DNA from: Eledone cirrhosa
Lineage: Eukaryota
Length of the DNA: 64,000 nucleotides
Reading direction: 5' to 3'
Assembly (NCBI GenBank): GCA_964016885.1
Contig: OZ024740.1
Span: 282,224,001-282,288,000 of the forward strand
Shown: positions 57,902-64,000 of the stretch, one piece after another
Numbering within the stretch: position 1 is the stretch's first letter
How the letters are laid out: every line of letters begins with the position of its first letter
Made by a program: the position numbers and the translations under genes
The notes under the pieces: model-generated
The model's input: the letters and a program-made list of their open reading frames with translations, nothing else
What the model was told of the DNA's origin: nothing
Databases searched by the model: none

Positions 57902-58015
57902 AAAATAACAGATTAAAGTTTAAGCATAAATATTTGCTCTACGGTTCTTATATATTTGATATATATTTTCCTTATCGAGCCCTCTTTGGATTTTAGTCTT
58001 CAATTTTATTATTAT

Positions 58016-58069
<54 letters not shown>

Positions 58070-58611
58070 TGGGGGTGTACATAGAACGATAACAGATTAA
58101 CTGAATGAACGCTTCATATATTTGAACTGATTGTGTTAGCACTGACTTCGACAGTTCGGCGATGGTGCCTCTTGAATAGAGCTTGGTCTCCGGTCAATTT
58201 GTTCCCTACAGAAAAGGATGTTGCATCTCATAATAATGTTATGACAGAAACATGTCTTTTCAACGGCAATGCATCATAATTAACCAAATTAAGGAAGAAA
58301 AAGATCCAATAAGCTTCAAACGATTCTAGAGAAACTCCTTCACGAAATTTCAGATTTACACACGGATTTGTTCCCGTCAACTTCTCCCTACTGAAGTGGG
58401 ATATAGTATAAGGTAAATATGAAATAGGAAAATATGAATTAAATAAATTCCTTTGGTAGTTCTTGAGTCAACACTGACCGAAGCCTATTAAAGTTAAGTT
58501 ATATTTTTATATATGTATACAAAAAGTTTATATCTATGTATTTATCAGTCTACCTACACACTCGCACGCACACATACAGACACAAACACACAGGGACACA
58601 CACAAACACAC

Positions 58612-58650
<39 letters not shown>

Positions 58651-58656
<6 letters not shown>

Positions 58657-59905
58657 ATACTTGGGGAGGGTCATATTTGTGTAATATTGCCAGAATTAAT
58701 AACAGAACACACTCACTGTTTGGTTGGTTTTCGCTTCTCGCTGTCTTTTATATCTGCGATCTAACTTACTCGGTCCTCAATGTGCCATTGACTGACCGAC
58801 GGTCAAAAATAATTGTTTCTACTTTAGGCACAAGGCCAGCAATTATCCAGTTCATTACTGGTACTTTATTTTATCGACCCCGTAAGGATGAAAGGCAAAG
58901 TTAACCTCGGCGGGATTTGAACTCAGATCGTAAAGGGACGTAACTATGCTGGAAAGCATGGCGTCCGACCCTCTACCGATACTGCCAGACGGTCAAAAAT
59001 AATACAGATACAATATAGACACAAACACATATATATAGTTTACATAATTTACATAAATCTTTCGTTGCACATCTGCATCATCGTCAGTGGTGTTATATTT
59101 TTTCCTCCTGTTGTGTTGTATGTCTACGCCATTTTTTATTCAGTCTGTCTATATATTTATTTATTTATTTGCTTGTTTGTTTATTTTATTTTGTCTTCTT
59201 TGCGCATGCGTTTGCGTGTGTGTATAGTGTTATGTTTGCTGTGTGACTAGTGTGTATAGTGTTGTGTCTGCTAGGTGACTAGTGTGTGTTTATGTGCTTG
59301 TTGTTATTGTGCTTGTGTATGTATTTATTTATCTTATTTTATTTTATTTTATTTACTTATTTATACTTCTCTTAGGTCAGTGTTGTTTGTTTGGGTGTTG
59401 TTGTTGTTGTTCCACTCATTCTTTCTGTTTAGCTTTGGTCTTCTAATTTCTATTTCACTGGCCTCTCTGATTTGCCTATCTGCTGGGTCATTCCTATGTT
59501 TAGATATTATTCTAATTTCTATGTTGTCTATGTTACCGTCATGTTGTTGTCTAGCATGTTCGTATAGTACTGACCCGTTTTTTCGTCCTTTTAGTTCCCC
59601 CCAGTGTTGGTCTATCCTTTCACCTATGCTACCAGCTGTTTCACCTATGTATGTTGTTGTCATGTTTCTGCAAGTACCCTCTGTACATCTTATGCTATAG
59701 ACTACGTTTCTAGTTTTACAGTTTATCCGGGGGTTCACCTTACATATGATACATTTCCTATTGGTACAGTGGGTTTTCTTAAAAGGGTAGGTTTTGCTGA
59801 TCAGGGATTTTATGGTGGTTCCTAGCTTTTCTACCACCTTTGTAAGGTGAACCCCCGGATAAACTGTAAAACTAGAAACGTAGTCTATAGCATAAGATGT
59901 ACAGA
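58651..59905 (-). mobile_element. Penelope-like 3' fragment (GIY-YIG + 3' UTR), same family as 16206-18459
   Basis: ORF 59361-59837 nearly identical to 16185-16868; hammerhead core CTGACGA..TGCA/TGCA..GAAA at ~59056-59090; ends in (TA)n. Confidence 0.92.
58814..58987 (-). mobile_element. SINE family A nested in the Penelope 3' UTR
   Basis: 16-bp TSD GACGGTCAAAAATAAT at 58798-58813 and 58988-59003; absent from the homologous UTR at ~18300. Confidence 0.93.
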
Positions 59906-60560
59906 TTACTGATTACATAAGACAGTGTAACACAGTCTTCGTTCAATTTCTGTGTCAATTACGATTTTATTTGATGTATCATATCTACATATATACTTGC
60001 GTATAATATCAATATACACACTACACATGCTAGCAGAAAACCACACGAAGGGTGGTTTTTCTGCTAGTAATCTTAATGGTAGTGTTTTAGACGAAGTTGA
60101 CCACTGGGGTGGCACGAGATATTTGTCAAAACTATTAAAACAAACACTGCTAGCCTGGGCGGGAGGGGAAAGTGGGCTACAAGCAGAATCAGTTCCTATA
60201 ACGATGACTTGATATTTTCGGCATTCAGCGGAAGTAACGTATGACGGGAGCAGACCCGCACCTCCACCCCAGCACTAGGGCACATGCAGGGGTCGGCTGG
60301 CATAGAAAACACATCCACATATACCGCTGGTCGCTTGTGCCATAAACAGAACATTTTCCGAGTGAATTTTTAAACAGTGTTTAAGTTTTTTACGTTGTCT
60401 AACATTGTTTAAATATTTTTATACTATCTAACGAGCTCAGTCTAGTAGAATGGGTAGGAAGAAAACTACCTAGCCATCGGTCGATCTCAGCGAAATGTGT
60501 ATCATGGAGATGAAAATAAACCTGAATACAACTGCATATGGATTCGATCTATTCAATAAT

Positions 60561-60739
60561 TGTTTCTACTATTGGCACAAGGCCAGAAAATACCCAGTAC
60601 ATTACTGGTACTTTATTTTATCGACCCCGTAAGGATGAAAGGCAAAGTTAACCTCGGCGGCATTTGAACTCAGAATGGCAAAGGCCGTAACTCTATGCGT
60701 CAAAGCATGGCGTCCGACCCTCTACCGATACTGCCAATC
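60561..60739 (-). mobile_element. SINE family A
   Basis: Reverse complement of consensus; TCAATAAT duplicated at 60553-60560 and 60740-60747. Confidence 0.9.
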
Positions 60740-60880
60740 TCAATAATCTATAATGCTCAGTCTTGTACCATTTCTGCATGTCGTTCAGCGCTTCCTTTTA
60801 TCTGCACCAAGTGACCGACTACACTGTGTTCTGCACATCCCTGATCGGTTAGCCCCATATTATAATACATATATATTATA

Positions 60881-60932
60881 GGCTTTCCTGATGATTTCTC
60901 CCGAATGAAACAGTTCTAGTCCTGTAGAAGCC
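60881..60932 (+). ncRNA. Type I hammerhead ribozyme
   Basis: GGCTTTC-CTGATGA-TTTC TCCC GAAT-GAAA-CAG TTCTAGTC CTG-TA-GAAGCC; GUA triplet; ATTAAA downstream. Confidence 0.82.
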
Positions 60933-61152
60933 ATTTCTATATTAAATATTTATACTCTGTTCTTTATTGAGTACCTTACTTACTGTGGTTACCCCCGATT
61001 GAACCGAGGATAAACACACACACACACTCACGCACACACACATGCACACATATATATATGACCAAGGACTAATATGGTTCATTGACTACTCAATGAATAC
61101 AGTTTTACAATAGATTAAAAGCACTCAACAGCCAAATTATCCTGGAGTTTTC

Positions 61153-61322
61153 AATATTATTCAAAATATTAACAAATGAAGATATTCACATAAATCAAAT
61201 CATATATTTTATCTGACGATGACGTACTGAAAAAACAACACAGTACCTTCGAAATATATATATAATAAAGCATATATTTTGATTATGCGAATATCTTCAC
61301 TTGTTAATATTTTGAATAATAT

Positions 61323-61325
<3 letters not shown>
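61153..61325. mobile_element. Small fold-back related to family H with hammerhead 61208-61269
   Basis: TTTAT-CTGACGA-TGACGTACTG..CAGTACCTTC-GAAA-TATATATATA-ATAAA between ~55-bp inverted arms. Confidence 0.7.
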
Positions 61326-61401
<76 letters not shown>

Positions 61402-62338
61402 CATAGGGTTAACCGAAGAAGAATGTGCTAACCACATTGTTGCCTGTCGGTTGTGAAGCAGATAAAAAGAAGCACTCAACGACTTGTATAAATGGTACAA
61501 GACGGAGCATTATATATCAATAAAAGATCGGAGGCCATATTCAGTTAGTCTAGATTTATATAACCGGATTGAAATTTGTTGAATAAATAAAACTCGAGAA
61601 ATATGTTTAAAATAAATAGAAAGGTAATTAGACTATTGAATAATTGTAACCATCGATGTTTAAAACTCCGATATACATATTTCAATGAGGATTATCAGTT
61701 TAGAAAGCCTGAGCTCTGCAGACAGTAAATCCTAAAATAAACAAAGAAAGTTGCCAATAAACCTTTAAATTCGGAAAAAATCAAATAATTTCCCCGAAAA
61801 AGATTTTCTTTTCATGCACGGGACCAGCCGAAAGCATGTTGTTTTTATTTCTTCGACGGTGTGTGTGTGGGTGGGTGTATGTGTGCGTGCCTGTGTGTGT
61901 ATGTGTGTGTATGTGTGTGTGCGTGTATGTGTGTATATATGTGTGTGTGTGCACGTGTGTATGTGTGCGCATGTGTATGTATGCGTGTGGGTATGTGTGT
62001 GTGTACGTATGTGTGCGTGTGTGTTTGTGTGTGTATGTGTGTATGTATGTATGTGTGCTGTTCTTCCGTCGTTTGCGACGACGAATGCTTGAGTTGATTC
62101 AATAAACGGAACAACCAGGTCGTGACAGCTAATGTAGAAGGGATTGAGCCTGCCACAGATACATACACTCTTAATTTACTTCTCGGTGAGAATCAGCGTG
62201 ACGCTACGTGTGACAACTCTGGCCTTTTAAAGTAAAAACAAGACTCCCTTATGCCAGTTGAGTGAACTGAAGCAACATGTCAAAGTTTTCTCAAAGACAC
62301 AACGCGCAAACGAATATATATATATACACACACACACG

Positions 62339-62381
<43 letters not shown>

Positions 62382-62398
62382 GTTTATATATATATATT

Positions 62399-62432
<34 letters not shown>

Positions 62433-62437
62433 GTGAA

Positions 62438-62652
62438 GGTGTGTGGCTGAGTGGTTAGAGAATTGGATTCGCAATCGTAAGGTTGTGAGTTCGATTCCTG
62501 GACCAGGCGATGCGCTATGTCCTTGAGCAAGACACTTTATTTCACGTTGCTCCTTCTACCTGGAGTTGCGACCGATAGATAGTATTAGCAATTGGAAATA
62601 CCAACGGAAACATTGTTTCCTCGGTCCGATTTGACGAAAGTCGATCGTTCCT

Positions 62653-62653
<1 letters not shown>
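62438..62653 (+). mobile_element. SINE family B
   Basis: Full-length match to 39826-40040, TA-flanked. Confidence 0.88.
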
Positions 62654-62687
<34 letters not shown>

Positions 62688-62699
62688 TACATATACATT

Positions 62700-63610
62700 T
62701 ATTAAAATAACAGATTAAAGTTAAAGCAAAGAATCGCTGCTTTCACCCTTAACGGGATCTTCTGAAACTAAAAAAAAGTCAATCTGTGGACGCAGAAGTA
62801 AATATTTCGAAAAACGTTGCAACCGAAGGAAAACAGGAAGACGATACGTTGGTTCGTGAAGACATACCCTGGCAAAGAATGGAAAAAAAGCGAAGATAAT
62901 ACATCGTTATGTGGATCGGGGTGAACAATTTCACGCAAAGACAAAGACCAAAACCACGTTTATGGTATGAATGGAGCCAAGCTTTAACCTAATATATACT
63001 AATATTCTATTTAGGAAACCGAATGATTCTCAGTTCCGGAGATAAGAATAATGTATATATGTGTGTATATTTATATATGTATACACAGATATATATATAT
63101 GTGTATTTGGCGTATGCATCGTATGTGCGCTAGTATATGTGTCGTGCTTGGTATACGTACGTGTGCGTGTGTTTATGTGTATGTACAGCATGTGTTTTCG
63201 CGTATGCACGTGTATGTACGTATATAGATATGTATATGTATATATATAATTGTATAAATCTTAACTATTATTAATACCCTCTGTCATTTTCGTTCAACAA
63301 ATTTATTTACATTATTCTTAACCCCAGAGCTGAGAATCATTCGTTCATTGCCAGAGAACGTCTTCATGAGCCAACGTATCGTCTTCCTGTTTTCCATCGG
63401 TTGCAACGTTTTTCAAAATATTTACTTCTGCGTCCACAGATTGATCTTTTTAGGTCCAGAAGATCCCGTTAAGGGTGAAAACAGCGATTCTTTGCTTAAG
63501 CTTTAATCTGTTATTTTAATATATATTTGGTCTATGGTTTTATATATTTTCATATATATATTATTCTTATCGAGCCCTCTTCGGAGTTTAGTCTTCACCT
63601 TTATTATTAT

Positions 63611-63615
<5 letters not shown>
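62700..63615. mobile_element. Fold-back element (family of 31356-32026) with CAGAAGA hammerhead-like folds and right-hand tail
   Basis: 62701-62878 is the reverse complement of ~63347-63520; tail ..GAGCCCTCTT..TTTAGTCTTCA..TTATTATTATTACT. Confidence 0.8.
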
Positions 63616-63679
<64 letters not shown>

Positions 63680-63684
<5 letters not shown>

Positions 63685-63870
63685 AGATCAAAAGATGGTT
63701 AAAGGAGTTCCATGTATTTTATTATGCGCATTTCAAAAACAAACATCATCATGCAATAATATTTGTGTTTTCATCAGATAAAACAGGAGAACATGATATG
63801 AAGGCTAAAAAACACTTGTGGATAGTGCAGTTTTAAATCAACATATTGTACTACAATAAAACTCACCTCC

Positions 63871-63873
<3 letters not shown>
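63680..63873 (-). mobile_element. Collapsed copy of the 19011-19431 palindromic element (one arm + tail end), with minus-strand hammerhead
   Basis: Matches 19011-19177, then jumps to TGTACTACAATAAAACTCACCTCCTAC (19405-19431). Confidence 0.88.
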
Positions 63874-63967
<94 letters not shown>

Positions 63968-64000
63968 ATATATATATATATGTATATATATACATAAATT

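Overview
AT-rich, microsatellite-saturated animal DNA. The tRNA-derived SINEs resemble octopod cephalopod SINEs, but that taxonomic call is an inference. Most ORF-track entries are (TA)n/(CA)n artefacts. The only host-gene evidence is two minus-strand exons the ORF track missed: a 31-nt micro-exon and a 149-nt exon. They join in frame and encode the start of a von Willebrand factor A domain (DLVFILDSSTS, MIDAS motif). The rest is mobile DNA: three Penelope-like (RT + GIY-YIG) copies, an RTE LINE with C-terminal C2H2 fingers, degenerate Tx1/L1-, RTE- and CR1-like relics, three SINE families, non-autonomous Helitrons and a pogo/Tigger relic. The most striking signal is a dense population of short non-coding elements from roughly ten unrelated sequence families. 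They sit in (TA)n tracts, carry minimal type I hammerhead ribozyme folds and are often inserted as head-to-head fold-back palindromes. Their arm ends are reproducible, collapsed footprints recur, and some share a 3' terminus with the coding Penelope element. All coordinates and folds were read by eye, so boundaries of degenerate elements are approximate.
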